Positions 8,211 through 16,486 of a stretch of 64,000 bases of DNA are shown here, in pieces. The stretch is from positions 1-64,000 of the IMG/VR virus record IMGVR_UViG_3300033553_000842. One strand, given 5' to 3'. The stretch comes from a virus. Both the position numbers and the translations under genes were made by a program. Position 1 is the first letter of the stretch, and every line of letters starts with the position of its first letter. Below the pieces are notes generated by a model, which saw nothing but the letters and a program-made list of their open reading frames with translations, searched no databases and was not told the DNA's origin.

Positions 8211-8608
8211 TTGATCACCTCGAATTTGGTGACGTCATAAAGCCAGTCTTGCCAGTCTGAGGCACTCTGGAGAATGTCCGGACGCTGGGCGTCCCCGACA
8301 GACATCAGGATTATCTCGTCACTCCCAAGGAACTGGGCATGTTTGCCCTGCACCCCATCATAGAGATGGTACTCAGCGGGGTAGTCGCCCCCAGCATCAT
8401 TCCACCAGTAGAACGAGATTTTGTTCTGGACGAGAAACTCCTCGAGCCCGAGGGGCATCTCTCCATAGTTCATCTCCTCGAATAGGAACTGTCCTGGGGC
8501 GGGTTCGTCCGTCAGGTCATCTTCGATCAGGGTGAGGAAATCCTCATACACTTTGGACAGGATGGGCCCCCTCAACTCAAGTTCACAAAAGCTACGGTCC
8601 CCCATCAC
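8207..8608 (-). CDS. Acidic hypothetical protein
   Basis: E.NYG motif, D/E-rich, coupled ORF. Confidence 0.6.
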   Translation of the reverse strand: MMGDRSFCELELRGPILSKVYEDFLTLIEDDLTDEPAPGQFLFEEMNYGEMPLGLEEFLVQNKISFYWWNDAGGDYPAEYHLYDGVQGKHAQFLGSDEIILMSVGDAQRPDILQSASDWQDWLYDVTKFEVIK

Positions 8609-9144
8609 TTCACCTCCGAGGTGCCGACCTTGCGCAGGTTTCCGGAGGGCTGGGTTTTATGGCACTTCGTGTTCAATTTCTGGACCTGGCCCATCGCCAG
8701 GTTATCGAAAAGGATGACGTCTCCGATTTCAAGAGACCCCTCGGTCACCTCGTAGTGATGGGTGCCGCCGCGGTTGTCGTGGATCTCGACGGTGTAAGGC
8801 ATCACCTCTTCGAGGTCCTTGGGGTCGAACGCATCGACCTTGTTGCTGCCCTTCAGCTCGAGGACATATCGGCCCTGGCTGTCCTTGGTTAGCAGGGTAC
8901 CGTACTGGTCGTCTTTGGTTTTGAAAAGCGTTGGTTTGTTGGTCATGGTGTCCTCCTCGGACTGGGTTATGAGAATGTAATCTGCGGCCGCTCGAAATTT
9001 TCGAGGGTACTGACCGGGATAGGTCTCGGACAGGTATTGGGTTCTGATGGTGTGGGGTCGGGTCTTGATCACCCTCTGACGGGCGTGACCTGTTCTGAGG
9101 TGAACTATATCCCCCTCTTTGAATTCATGGCTTGGCCAGCTCAT
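8605..9144 (-). CDS. Hypothetical protein with a second in-frame start at 8946
   Basis: RBS modules precede both 9144 and 8946. Confidence 0.6.
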   Translation of the reverse strand: MSWPSHEFKEGDIVHLRTGHARQRVIKTRPHTIRTQYLSETYPGQYPRKFRAAADYILITQSEEDTMTNKPTLFKTKDDQYGTLLTKDSQGRYVLELKGSNKVDAFDPKDLEEVMPYTVEIHDNRGGTHHYEVTEGSLEIGDVILFDNLAMGQVQKLNTKCHKTQPSGNLRKVGTSEVK

Positions 9145-9201
9145 GTTGTTGTTCCTCTCGGACTAGTTGTAAGGGGTAATGGGGGAGTCGTTAATCCCCC
9201 A

Positions 9202-9543
9202 TTACATGGTAATCTCAAGAGCCTTCCTCAGCTGAGTGCGCTCGGCGTCGGTGATATCCCCGAGATTGTTGATGAAATTGTCGACGTAGGGGTAGCAGTC
9301 GACCACAACCCATTCGTAGGCATACATTTCCATAACCATTTGGATTGCTGCCTCCTCATCCTCCGGGTCGAGGCCGTGGATGCCGAAGTCCTCGTCAACC
9401 CAATAGTTATCGATGTGGGACGCTGCCATAAGGAGGCGGAGCTCTTTCTCGGCGTCCTCATAGGAGTTGGCCTGGACGAGATCTCCATAGGTGCCACCCT
9501 CCGGATAGTCATGCCAGTTGGCGGTGCAGTAGTAGGTTTTCAT
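9202..9543 (-). CDS. Acidic hypothetical protein
   Basis: Module GAAAGGAACACGGCATG. Confidence 0.65.
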   Translation of the reverse strand: MKTYYCTANWHDYPEGGTYGDLVQANSYEDAEKELRLLMAASHIDNYWVDEDFGIHGLDPEDEEAAIQMVMEMYAYEWVVVDCYPYVDNFINNLGDITDAERTQLRKALEITM

Positions 9544-9555
9544 GCCGTGTTCCTT

Positions 9556-10128
9556 TCAGGAAATAAGGGTTGCACCGGCCACGTCCGCGGTGCGGAGCCT
9601 GACCAGATCTTTGGTTTTGAGGGAGCGGTAGACGCCCTTGCGACGGTAGTATTGGATCTTTTCAAAATCCGTGCCATAGGGTTCCCACGGGGTCTGGATC
9701 CGGATCTTATCCCCGGTGCGGGGTTTCAGGCGATTGGCCCAGGCGCGGCAGGAGGTACGCCACTGGGAGGCATACTCGTTTGTGGTGGGAGACAGCAGGT
9801 TCAGGATCAGGGGAGGGGCCTTAGCCTCGCCGGGGCCCATGTCCTCGGTCATGTCCTTGTAGCTGAACTCGCCCTTGTCGATCGAGGTGAGGTAGATCGC
9901 AGCGAACACGATCGAGCCATCATGTTGAGGGGTGTATCCCGAGATCATGTTGTCGGAGAGGGCCAGGTTAGGTTTTGGTTGCATTTTGACGGCAGCGTAG
10001 TAGGTGCTGCCGACGTTGCGGATCGCGAGGGGGGCGCAGCGGTAGTTTTCGCTTTCCCACGTCAGATTCCTGGCGAGATACTTGAGGGGGTCGTCGGGTC
10101 GGTCGTAAAGTGTGGTCCCGCCCATCAT
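9556..10128 (-). CDS. DUF6927-like protein
   Basis: YYAAV...VFAAIYL...F.YKDM.E.MGP...AP..IL.LLSP...A.QWR..C recalls a family found in mobile elements. Confidence 0.65.
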   Translation of the reverse strand: MMGGTTLYDRPDDPLKYLARNLTWESENYRCAPLAIRNVGSTYYAAVKMQPKPNLALSDNMISGYTPQHDGSIVFAAIYLTSIDKGEFSYKDMTEDMGPGEAKAPPLILNLLSPTTNEYASQWRTSCRAWANRLKPRTGDKIRIQTPWEPYGTDFEKIQYYRRKGVYRSLKTKDLVRLRTADVAGATLIS

Positions 10129-10142
10129 GTGTTCCTTTCGGA

Positions 10143-10448
10143 CTAAAGGTGTTCGAGCAGGAGTTTCTTGCTCTCGTGGTATTCTTGGACGATATAGGCG
10201 TGTTCCGCCGGGTCCTTGGCCCCGATCCAGGAATATTCCCGGACGGCGTTTTCAAAACGATCGACCGGATCTTCATAATCGGAGTCAGAAAGATCCACCT
10301 CGGTGGTGACCAGGGTGTTCTTGTCAGTGACCTCAAAAACTACAGCTGTACTTTCCGGATCCCGTTGGGTGATCAGGGCGCAGACCGCCGCCTCGGAGGG
10401 GTTGTCGGCGTCCATGTCGATTTTCCATGTGACGAGATACTCATTCAT
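10143..10448 (-). CDS. Hypothetical protein
   Basis: Y.VTW.ID.DA..P.EAA...QRDP.STA.VFEV phage motif; GAGGAG RBS. Confidence 0.65.
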   Translation of the reverse strand: MNEYLVTWKIDMDADNPSEAAVCALITQRDPESTAVVFEVTDKNTLVTTEVDLSDSDYEDPVDRFENAVREYSWIGAKDPAEHAYIVQEYHESKKLLLEHL

Positions 10449-10617
10449 CGGATTTCTCCTCACTTTCGTTCACCTGAGATGCGAGAAAGTTCCAAGTGAG
10501 GCCCATCCCCATCATGAAGGCGGCTTTCTCGCCGCCGGAAAAGTTCTCGCCGTTGGCCATCAGGGCATCCATGTTTACGGGGGTAGCAAAGAGGCCAATT
10601 GGTTGAATTTTCATCAT
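10441..10617 (-). CDS. Hypothetical 58-aa protein (not in the ORF track)
   Basis: MMKIQPIGLFATP... begins at a full module GAAAGGAACACATGATG. Confidence 0.6.
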   Translation of the reverse strand: MMKIQPIGLFATPVNMDALMANGENFSGGEKAAFMMGMGLTWNFLASQVNESEEKSDE

Positions 10618-10662
10618 GTGTTCCTTTCAGGAGGGGGGACCCTGTGAGGGGTCCCCGTTGGG

Positions 10663-11004
10663 TTAGCAGCCCTTCTGCAGGCTGACGGATTGGATGGCAT
10701 CGTACTGGCCCTTGGCTGCGGCCAGTTGGGGGGCGTTGGCGTCTCCCTTCAGGAAGAACAGCGCTGGCCAGAACAGGATCATGCCGACCCCCATCGCCAC
10801 AGCGTCATTGTCTGCCTGTTTCTTCTGGGCACCGGTCAGGGTGTTGACGTTTTGAACAATTCGATTTTGTTCGGCTCGAAGAGCGTTGCAGCTGAGCCCC
10901 GAGTAGGTGCTGGTCGGCGTCGGGGTGGCCACAATGGCTTCCGGCTGGCTGGCGCAAGCTGTCAGGAACGACAACAGGATCACCGAAGTGAGTAACTTTT
11001 TCAT
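10663..11004 (-). CDS. Lipoprotein
   Basis: Signal peptide MKKLLTSVILLSFLTAC with lipobox; internal hydrophobic segment GVGMILFWPALFFL; terminal Cys. Confidence 0.8.
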   Translation of the reverse strand: MKKLLTSVILLSFLTACASQPEAIVATPTPTSTYSGLSCNALRAEQNRIVQNVNTLTGAQKKQADNDAVAMGVGMILFWPALFFLKGDANAPQLAAAKGQYDAIQSVSLQKGC

Positions 11005-11018
11005 TTTAGTCTCCAGGG

Positions 11019-11318
11019 TTATTGCGCAGGGTGCGCAGTTTTGATTTCCTTGATCTCGTCCGACAGCTGTCGGAGTTCCTTCAAGGTTCGGTGGTGGTAC
11101 TCGTCCATCAGAGATGGGACAGAGTTCTTATCCAGGTACTTCCAGATGTTCTTGGCCAGTTTGGTGTCGGGGCGCTTGAGGGTACGGAGGTACAGGGCCA
11201 GGGCGACGGCATCTCCATCGAAGTTCTCGAAACAACTGTCGAAGTGCCGGGTGCTGGGGTGGCCTTTGGAAATGTGGGTCGCGGCGACCGTGACCCGGCG
11301 GTCAAATCCATTAGCCAT
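11019..11318 (-). CDS. Hypothetical protein
   Basis: GAAAGGAACGCATAATG module; ends inside the palindrome at 11021. Confidence 0.6.
   Translation of the reverse strand: MANGFDRRVTVAATHISKGHPSTRHFDSCFENFDGDAVALALYLRTLKRPDTKLAKNIWKYLDKNSVPSLMDEYHHRTLKELRQLSDEIKEIKTAHPAQ
11021..11040. promoter_or_regulatory. Palindromic operator-like motif TGCGCA-N3-TGCGCA (copy 1)
   Basis: ATTGCGCAGGGTGCGCAGTT upstream of the lipoprotein RBS. Confidence 0.7.
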
Positions 11319-11787
11319 TATGCGTTCCTTTCTCCCTAAAATAGGCATCGATCTTGGCGACGATTTCAGTCTTGCAGTACTGGTCCAGGATGTATCTGGC
11401 CTCTCCCAGCAGGCCCTCGGCGGTGGGTTTGTTGTGGGCGATGCACAGCTCGATCCAGTTTGAGACAAGATCGGGGGTGCCGTGGACATAGGCCTGTTGG
11501 TTATCGAAGATGACGCAGTTTTCGATAAACCAAGGCACGAAATCCCAGTCATAGGCCCCATACAGGTACTCGTCGGTGCCATTGGTGCAGATGACCCAGC
11601 CGTAGTGGATAGCTGAGGCAATGGCCCCGGCACACAGCCGGAGCTGGCCCAGGCCCTCGGGCCAGTTGTTGGGTTTCGTTTCGATCAGGTGCTCCCAAGC
11701 ACACATCGCCGCTTCGAGTTCAATCTCGCGGGTCAGGGTGTGCTTATTGAGAAGCCCGGTATATCCCTTTGGGTGGTAATTTTTCAT
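11311..11787 (-). CDS. Hypothetical protein
   Basis: Module GAAAGGAACACACGATG; ELEAAMCAWE...YDWDFVPWF motif. Confidence 0.65.
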   Translation of the reverse strand: MKNYHPKGYTGLLNKHTLTREIELEAAMCAWEHLIETKPNNWPEGLGQLRLCAGAIASAIHYGWVICTNGTDEYLYGAYDWDFVPWFIENCVIFDNQQAYVHGTPDLVSNWIELCIAHNKPTAEGLLGEARYILDQYCKTEIVAKIDAYFREKGTHNG

Positions 11788-11804
11788 CGTGTGTTCCTTT
11801 CGGA

Positions 11805-11915
11805 TTAAGTGTTGATGTGGCCGGTGCGGTGTCCGCAGCGCCGGCATACTTTCTGGGGGAAGCGGCGGGAATCTCGCCAGTGGTGGAAACCGAGGCGGCA
11901 CAGGAGATATCTCAT
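11805..11915 (-). CDS. 36-aa zinc-finger microprotein (DUF1660-like; not in the ORF track)
   Basis: MRYLLCRLGFHHW...VCRRCG; ATGA overlap with the ardA stop. Confidence 0.6.
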   Translation of the reverse strand: MRYLLCRLGFHHWRDSRRFPQKVCRRCGHRTGHINT

Positions 11916-12445
11916 GGGGTATGGAAGAAGTGGCCGCTGTACTCGACCAGTCCTCCTCCTGTTTCAAATTCTCTGCCGACGCTTTCCCAGTCGATATGGT
12001 AGCGGAAGCGGTCGGGGATCTCTTCGAGGCCACCTGTCTCCTCTTCGAACTGTTCGGCAAAGTCGGCCCAGCTGTCGTACTGGCCCCGGTAGTTGTCTTG
12101 GGGGTTCGCGTTATACTCGTGGTGGTAGGCGAGGACGATATGCGGGGGCAGGTCGGGATTTTCTTCGAGGACTTCGACGAGGGCTGCGATCTCGGAGAGC
12201 GGGGTATATTCGCCAATATTGCCCAGACCCTCATGGTCGTGGATTGCAAATTCCTCGGCCGATGGGACCTCTTCCCCCGTCTCTGGGTCTTCGACCATGA
12301 CGTTCGGGTAAGGTGACCGGCGCAGCAGGCCTGCGACTTCTTCAGCCATCTCGTCCTCGTCGGAGGTGGCGTCGATCCATTTGCCATGGAGGACGCCGTT
12401 GTTGTACGAGGCGAGGCAAGCGATGTAGATTCTAGGGGAGGTCAT
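11912..12445 (-). CDS. ardA: ArdA antirestriction DNA-mimic protein
   Basis: RIYIACLASYNNGVLHGKWID, EEFAIHD.EG, Y.GQYDSW.DFA, IP...RY.IDWE.V.R; strongly acidic. Confidence 0.92.
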   Translation of the reverse strand: MTSPRIYIACLASYNNGVLHGKWIDATSDEDEMAEEVAGLLRRSPYPNVMVEDPETGEEVPSAEEFAIHDHEGLGNIGEYTPLSEIAALVEVLEENPDLPPHIVLAYHHEYNANPQDNYRGQYDSWADFAEQFEEETGGLEEIPDRFRYHIDWESVGREFETGGGLVEYSGHFFHTP

Positions 12446-12723
12446 CAGATATCCCCCCCGATTTTCCAGGTGTCCACATCGGGACAGACCTCCTTGACCC
12501 CGGTCAGGGGGTCAGAGGCTCGGAAGAAGGCTCGGCCGTCTTCTGTGACAACACACCATAGGGGTAGGCCGAGGCCCCAGTAGGCCCCGCCGCTGTCGTA
12601 ACCCCCGTCTTCGAGAGGTACTGCGTGGAGGGTGCCTGTGCCTTCGGACATGGAAATGTTGTCAGATTGCCGCCCCATAGGGGCCCCATAACGGGAGGAT
12701 ACGTTGGCTAGTTGGTGCATCAT
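12445..12723 (-). CDS. Conserved phage protein (GAPMGR...GGYD.GGAYWG)
   Basis: Recognisable phage motif; full RBS module. Confidence 0.7.
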   Translation of the reverse strand: MMHQLANVSSRYGAPMGRQSDNISMSEGTGTLHAVPLEDGGYDSGGAYWGLGLPLWCVVTEDGRAFFRASDPLTGVKEVCPDVDTWKIGGDI

Positions 12724-12761
12724 GTGTTCCTTTCAGGAATATTGCGCAGGGTGCGCAGTTT
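12718..12761 (-). repeat. 44-bp operator+RBS+start module (palindrome copy 2)
   Basis: 42/44 identical to 14186-14229. Confidence 0.85.
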
Positions 12762-13053
12762 AGTCGTGGATCACCGCCTCGATCTCTTGGGTCAGCAGCA
12801 GGTACGGGCCCTCATGCAGTTTGATGAAGAAGCCGATGGTGCTGATGGCACTGATCCGGTCGGCCGCGAAGCGCATGCTGTCGAGGTGGTCCCAGAACAC
12901 GGTTCTGGATCCATAGGTTGGGATCCCGTTCGGGACGAGGTAGTATTCGATGCTGTCCGGATGTGAGAACAGGTCCTTCTCGGGATCAGGATTGTTGTCG
13001 ACCGAGAAGGCATAGAGGGCCTCGATCGCGTGGCCTTGGTAATAGACGTTCAT
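12760..13053 (-). CDS. Hypothetical protein
   Basis: GAGG RBS, ATGA overlap. Confidence 0.55.
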   Translation of the reverse strand: MNVYYQGHAIEALYAFSVDNNPDPEKDLFSHPDSIEYYLVPNGIPTYGSRTVFWDHLDSMRFAADRISAISTIGFFIKLHEGPYLLLTQEIEAVIHD

Positions 13054-13463
13054 GACCAAGCCTCCTCTCCACGCATGACCCGGCGCAGGGCCTCGGCCGC
13101 TTGAGCTGGGGTGCAGTCCTCGGGGGATTGGGTAGGATCAAAAAGATCGTGGCCGTGGCGCTCGTTGCCTTTGGGGAGACCTAGCCAGTTGAGGGCTGTA
13201 TTTTGAGTCTCTGACCACGATCCGTATTCGGAGAGAGGTTTCGAAATGTCCCCAGCGGCCAGTCCAGCTGCCGCGCCAGCGATGCAGCAGACGGTGCCGC
13301 AGGATCCAATACCCTTGGAGTCCACTTGGTCTTGGAACTGATAGAGTTCCATATCGTCGAAAACGCTGAGGCTGATGTTATCAAAATGCATGTCAAAGAC
13401 CGCATGAGGGGCACCGGCGTCGAGCCATGCGAGGAGTTCTTTACAGTTGTCGATATTCATCAT
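13050..13463 (-). CDS. Hypothetical protein (CGTVCCIAG motif)
   Basis: Full RBS module; recurrent phage motif. Confidence 0.7.
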   Translation of the reverse strand: MMNIDNCKELLAWLDAGAPHAVFDMHFDNISLSVFDDMELYQFQDQVDSKGIGSCGTVCCIAGAAAGLAAGDISKPLSEYGSWSETQNTALNWLGLPKGNERHGHDLFDPTQSPEDCTPAQAAEALRRVMRGEEAWS

Positions 13464-14191
13464 GTGTTCCTTTCGGAGATAACGATCTGGTTGCCCTTGT
13501 CGTCGGTGTAGGTTCCCAGGACCGGTTCTTGGTTGAGGGTGGGGAAGGATAGGCTGTAGGTGTGCCAGGATTTGGAGTTGCAGGGGCTTTCAAAACAGAA
13601 GTGCTGGCCGCTATAAACACCCCCTACCAAAGTGGTCTGGGTGACGACGGGTTCGGGCTTTACCCGATAGGGGTGGTTATTGATCCACCCGGGGAAGGGC
13701 ACGGTCTCCCAGTCTGGACCCCTCTCGATGGTCTTGCCCTGCTGGTGAGCTAGGAGCAGGGCTCCTTTCTCGGCGTCAGATAGTTGACCCCAGGTTTTAT
13801 ATACTGGACGGAACAGGGCATCGTAGCTTGAGGTGAAGGGTCCGTGGGGGGAGAAGTCATCTTCTGGTTGCGCGAGTCCGGTCTCCGTAATTTTGAAGAG
13901 GGCCTTTTCCTTGACCAGTGTTGGACAGTTTCTACCGCAGGTTACGATCTCGAGAATGTCGCCCTCGGAGGGGTTCAGTTCTGCGAGGGTTTTACCTCCT
14001 TGGGCCCGGCCCTCGGCTTCGATCACGGCGCGGAGGAAGGCTTGGCCACGGTCGTAGTCTGGGTAGCTGCTGCCGCCCCAGTGTGCGATGGCCTCGTCAA
14101 GGCTGAAGTGCCGGCACCCGGCGTGGTAGTGGCCAAGGTGGTCGCGGAGGAGTTCATAGCCGCGGCTGTCAGTGTAAAGAGCTTTCATCAT
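13460..14191 (-). CDS. Mosaic hypothetical protein (open in frame back to 14380)
   Basis: Module-driven start at 14191; AGCR.F...EA..HW and KTW...EKGALLLA...YRVKPEP segments. Confidence 0.65.
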   Translation of the reverse strand: MMKALYTDSRGYELLRDHLGHYHAGCRHFSLDEAIAHWGGSSYPDYDRGQAFLRAVIEAEGRAQGGKTLAELNPSEGDILEIVTCGRNCPTLVKEKALFKITETGLAQPEDDFSPHGPFTSSYDALFRPVYKTWGQLSDAEKGALLLAHQQGKTIERGPDWETVPFPGWINNHPYRVKPEPVVTQTTLVGGVYSGQHFCFESPCNSKSWHTYSLSFPTLNQEPVLGTYTDDKGNQIVISERNT

Positions 14192-14229
14192 GTGTTCCTT
14201 TCGGGAATATTGCGCAGGGGGCGCAGTTT
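14186..14229 (-). repeat. 44-bp operator+RBS+start module (palindrome copy 3)
   Basis: Near-identical to 12718-12761. Confidence 0.85.
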
Positions 14230-14376
14230 TTCTGCGGGCTCTGGACAGAGCCATCTCTTTGTGGCGGAAGGTCTCTATGCAGGTTCCGTTGTGGAACAGA
14301 GCATATGACTTCTCCCAAGGGCGCTTGATGATTTGAAAATCACCCACCGTCTTGAGGTAGCGGCTGGCCCACTCCC

Positions 14377-14766
14377 TCATGCTGAATGCTCCAGGATGTT
14401 GGTGGAGAGGCGCTTCATGGTGGCCTCGAGGTCGGCCAGGATCGGGAGGCCGAGGTCGTCGGCCTCTGTGATCAGATCGGACAGGTTCTTGTTGAACTGC
14501 TTCTGACGGAGGGCGAGGGGGCTGGGCTGTTTGTGGAGCCATTCGCGGACTCTAGTCAGGGAGGCAAGGATGTCGTCCAGATCCACGTTCCAGTCGTAGT
14601 GGGTCTCGGATTGGTAGGAGTTGGGGCTAGTGAAGATTTCAAGAATCAGGTAGCTGTCTTCACCTGTGCCCCGGACTTTGAGGGAGGCGTGGGGTTTGAA
14701 AAACCCGTGGTTGCTGGCCTCTTGTTCGAGGTTGGCGAGGGCTTTGTTAAGTGTCTTGAGATCCAT
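14377..14766 (-). CDS. Hypothetical protein
   Basis: GAAAGG RBS; coupled ORF. Confidence 0.6.
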   Translation of the reverse strand: MDLKTLNKALANLEQEASNHGFFKPHASLKVRGTGEDSYLILEIFTSPNSYQSETHYDWNVDLDDILASLTRVREWLHKQPSPLALRQKQFNKNLSDLITEADDLGLPILADLEATMKRLSTNILEHSA

Positions 14767-14768
14767 GG

Positions 14769-15071
14769 TCAGGATACCTTTCTGTTGATACGGCGGTGGG
14801 TGTTGGCCAAGGCTACGGTGTAGACGTCGAGGTTCGTGGAGCCGAGGCGGTGGCGGGGATAGGTGGTGGCGTGGATCAGGTTTTTGTGCCTGTCCCAGAC
14901 CTGTTCCAAGGCCTGTCCTGCGCGGTTGTAGGGAAGTTCGACCTGAGACTTGTACCCGTCAGGGGTGTAGTGGGTCAGAACGAGATGAAGGGAGTGCATA
15001 TCGACGGAGACGGTCATAAGATCAAAATCTCCATCGAGACGACGGTGTTGGTACAACAGTGTTCGCACCAA
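14769..15071 (-). CDS. Hypothetical protein (start uncertain, possibly 15017)
   Basis: ORF in the co-oriented array. Confidence 0.5.
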   Translation of the reverse strand: MVRTLLYQHRRLDGDFDLMTVSVDMHSLHLVLTHYTPDGYKSQVELPYNRAGQALEQVWDRHKNLIHATTYPRHRLGSTNLDVYTVALANTHRRINRKVS

Positions 15072-15226
15072 CCTTGGTCTTGGTCCGGTTCCATGTCGGT
15101 GGAATAGTCACAGTCGTCGTTGGTGCAGATCGCCGGCATGATGCCTTCGAACATGTAGTCGTCGATCAGGTCTAGGGGGGTCGCATAGCCAAAATCGTTG
15201 GCCAGGGTCTGGGCTTTGTTACACAT
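15014..15226 (-). CDS. Acidic zinc-ribbon protein
   Basis: PAIC....C.Y...MEPDQ..GWCE.C; GGAG RBS. Confidence 0.65.
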   Translation of the reverse strand: MCNKAQTLANDFGYATPLDLIDDYMFEGIMPAICTNDDCDYSTDMEPDQDQGWCEHCCTNTVVSMEILIL

Positions 15227-15590
15227 GGTTGAACTCCAATCCGAAGTTTTTGGCGACGTTGGCCGCAGAGGCTTTGAACTGGGGGACAAAGTCTTCTTGG
15301 TCGGCGTTTGATGCGTTGTCATGGGCCCCTTGGAGCGTGGAGAGTAGATACTTGTTTGCATCCCAGTCTGGATATGAGAGCTGGATGGCGTCCAATACTT
15401 CGGGGTGAGAGGCCGGGAACCCCTCCATTTCGGGGGCATAGAACTCGTCCTTGATCAGATGCCCTGCGGCACAGGCCCCTTGGGGGCCTCGGTAACCGCA
15501 CATATGTTTGTTGGTTGGGTGCATGCTGGCTTCGCCTTGGGCTATGACTTTTTTGACGACGAAGTCGAAGATTTCTTGATCGGTATTCAT
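15219..15590 (-). CDS. Hypothetical protein
   Basis: QEIFD.V....QG...C.YRG....CAAG.LI.D..Y...EG...LQ..HD phage family; RBS module. Confidence 0.7.
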   Translation of the reverse strand: MNTDQEIFDFVVKKVIAQGEASMHPTNKHMCGYRGPQGACAAGHLIKDEFYAPEMEGFPASHPEVLDAIQLSYPDWDANKYLLSTLQGAHDNASNADQEDFVPQFKASAANVAKNFGLEFNHV

Positions 15591-15613
15591 GTCGTGTGTT
15601 CCTCTCGGACTGG

Positions 15614-15634
15614 AATTGCGCAAGGTGCGCAATT
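15614..15634. promoter_or_regulatory. Palindrome AATTGCGCA-AGG-TGCGCAATT (copy 4)
   Basis: Perfect 9-bp arms upstream of an RBS module. Confidence 0.75.
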
Positions 15635-15640
15635 TTGTTT

Positions 15641-15694
15641 CATGTTATCCTCTCGGATAGGGCTGCATATTACATGTTATCCTCTCGGATAGGG
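15641..15694. repeat. 22-bp direct repeat CATGTTATCCTCTCGGATAGGG x2
   Basis: Copies at 15641-15662 and 15673-15694. Confidence 0.85.
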
Positions 15695-15899
15695 TCTTAT
15701 AATCCTGACGGATTAGGTCCGTGTTCAGGGTCTTGGGGTTCCCTGGACTCGGACCTTGGGCGTTCAAATTTAACCAAGGGATTACTGGCATTTCCCTTTG
15801 GTCGGTGGTAGTTAATCGCCAGTGAATGGCAGACGCACTTCTCTCGGGGCCCAAGGGAGGAACAACCCAACCCGAGAGCCTAGTACATCTGCCAATCAC

Positions 15900-16105
15900 T
15901 GAGGATTTTGGTTTCACTTTTCAAAAGTGGTATAGTCATATTGTAAAAAAAACTAACAATATAAATAATGATTACTTAGTAATCTTTTTTCTTAGTCTAC
16001 TACTCTTTTTCTTTTTTACTATTCTTCTTTTAAGAAAGAAAAATATAGAGTATAAGGGTGTAATGTCCGAAAAATCCAATCTTTTCAAACACTTACTATG
16101 CTAGT
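15900..16105. other. AT-rich non-coding island
   Basis: Long A/T tracts within a GC-rich genome; contains the palindrome GATTACTTAGTAATC. Confidence 0.7.
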
Positions 16106-16291
16106 TTCGCTGACGCGCCTTCGCACCCCCTCTGGCCAAGGCCCCGGTCCAAGCTAAACACGTATAGCGAGAACCTGAGCCTAAACCCTTGATTCATAAC
16201 AGTTACATCTTAGACGTGTAAAAACACCGTTTACTCGCCTGTCACTTTTGTTCACCTCCTGTTCCTCGGATTATGTTAATAAAACACACCC

Positions 16292-16486
16292 CTAGCGGTA
16301 CTTCTCAAGCAGCGTTAGCAAGCCTAGGGAGAGTCTTTTCTCGTCCTGTGCCCGCTTAGCGTGTTTGCACAACTCTGGCGGCACGTTATCCGTGTGCTGG
16401 ACTTCCTTGTAATACCCATCAACCGACTGTCCGGTCGACACGCGGGGCGGCGGGGCCATCTCCTGGGCAAAGCGAAAGTGTCTCAT
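16292..16486 (-). CDS. Hypothetical protein
   Basis: ATGA-coupled to the upstream peptide ORF. Confidence 0.45.
   Translation of the reverse strand: MRHFRFAQEMAPPPRVSTGQSVDGYYKEVQHTDNVPPELCKHAKRAQDEKRLSLGLLTLLEKYR

Noticed and set aside
9037-10146. Long plus-strand ORF (also 19307..20689, 21981..22955, 26745..27707)
   Set aside because: Antisense shadows of well-supported genes in GC-rich DNA; no motifs or RBS.
11311-12387. 358-aa ORF as one gene
   Set aside because: The upstream part is an alternate frame of ardA; the real start is the module at 11787.
15645-16104. ORFs 15645..15917 and 15826..16104
   Set aside because: No convincing RBS; low-complexity translations of regulatory or AT-rich DNA.
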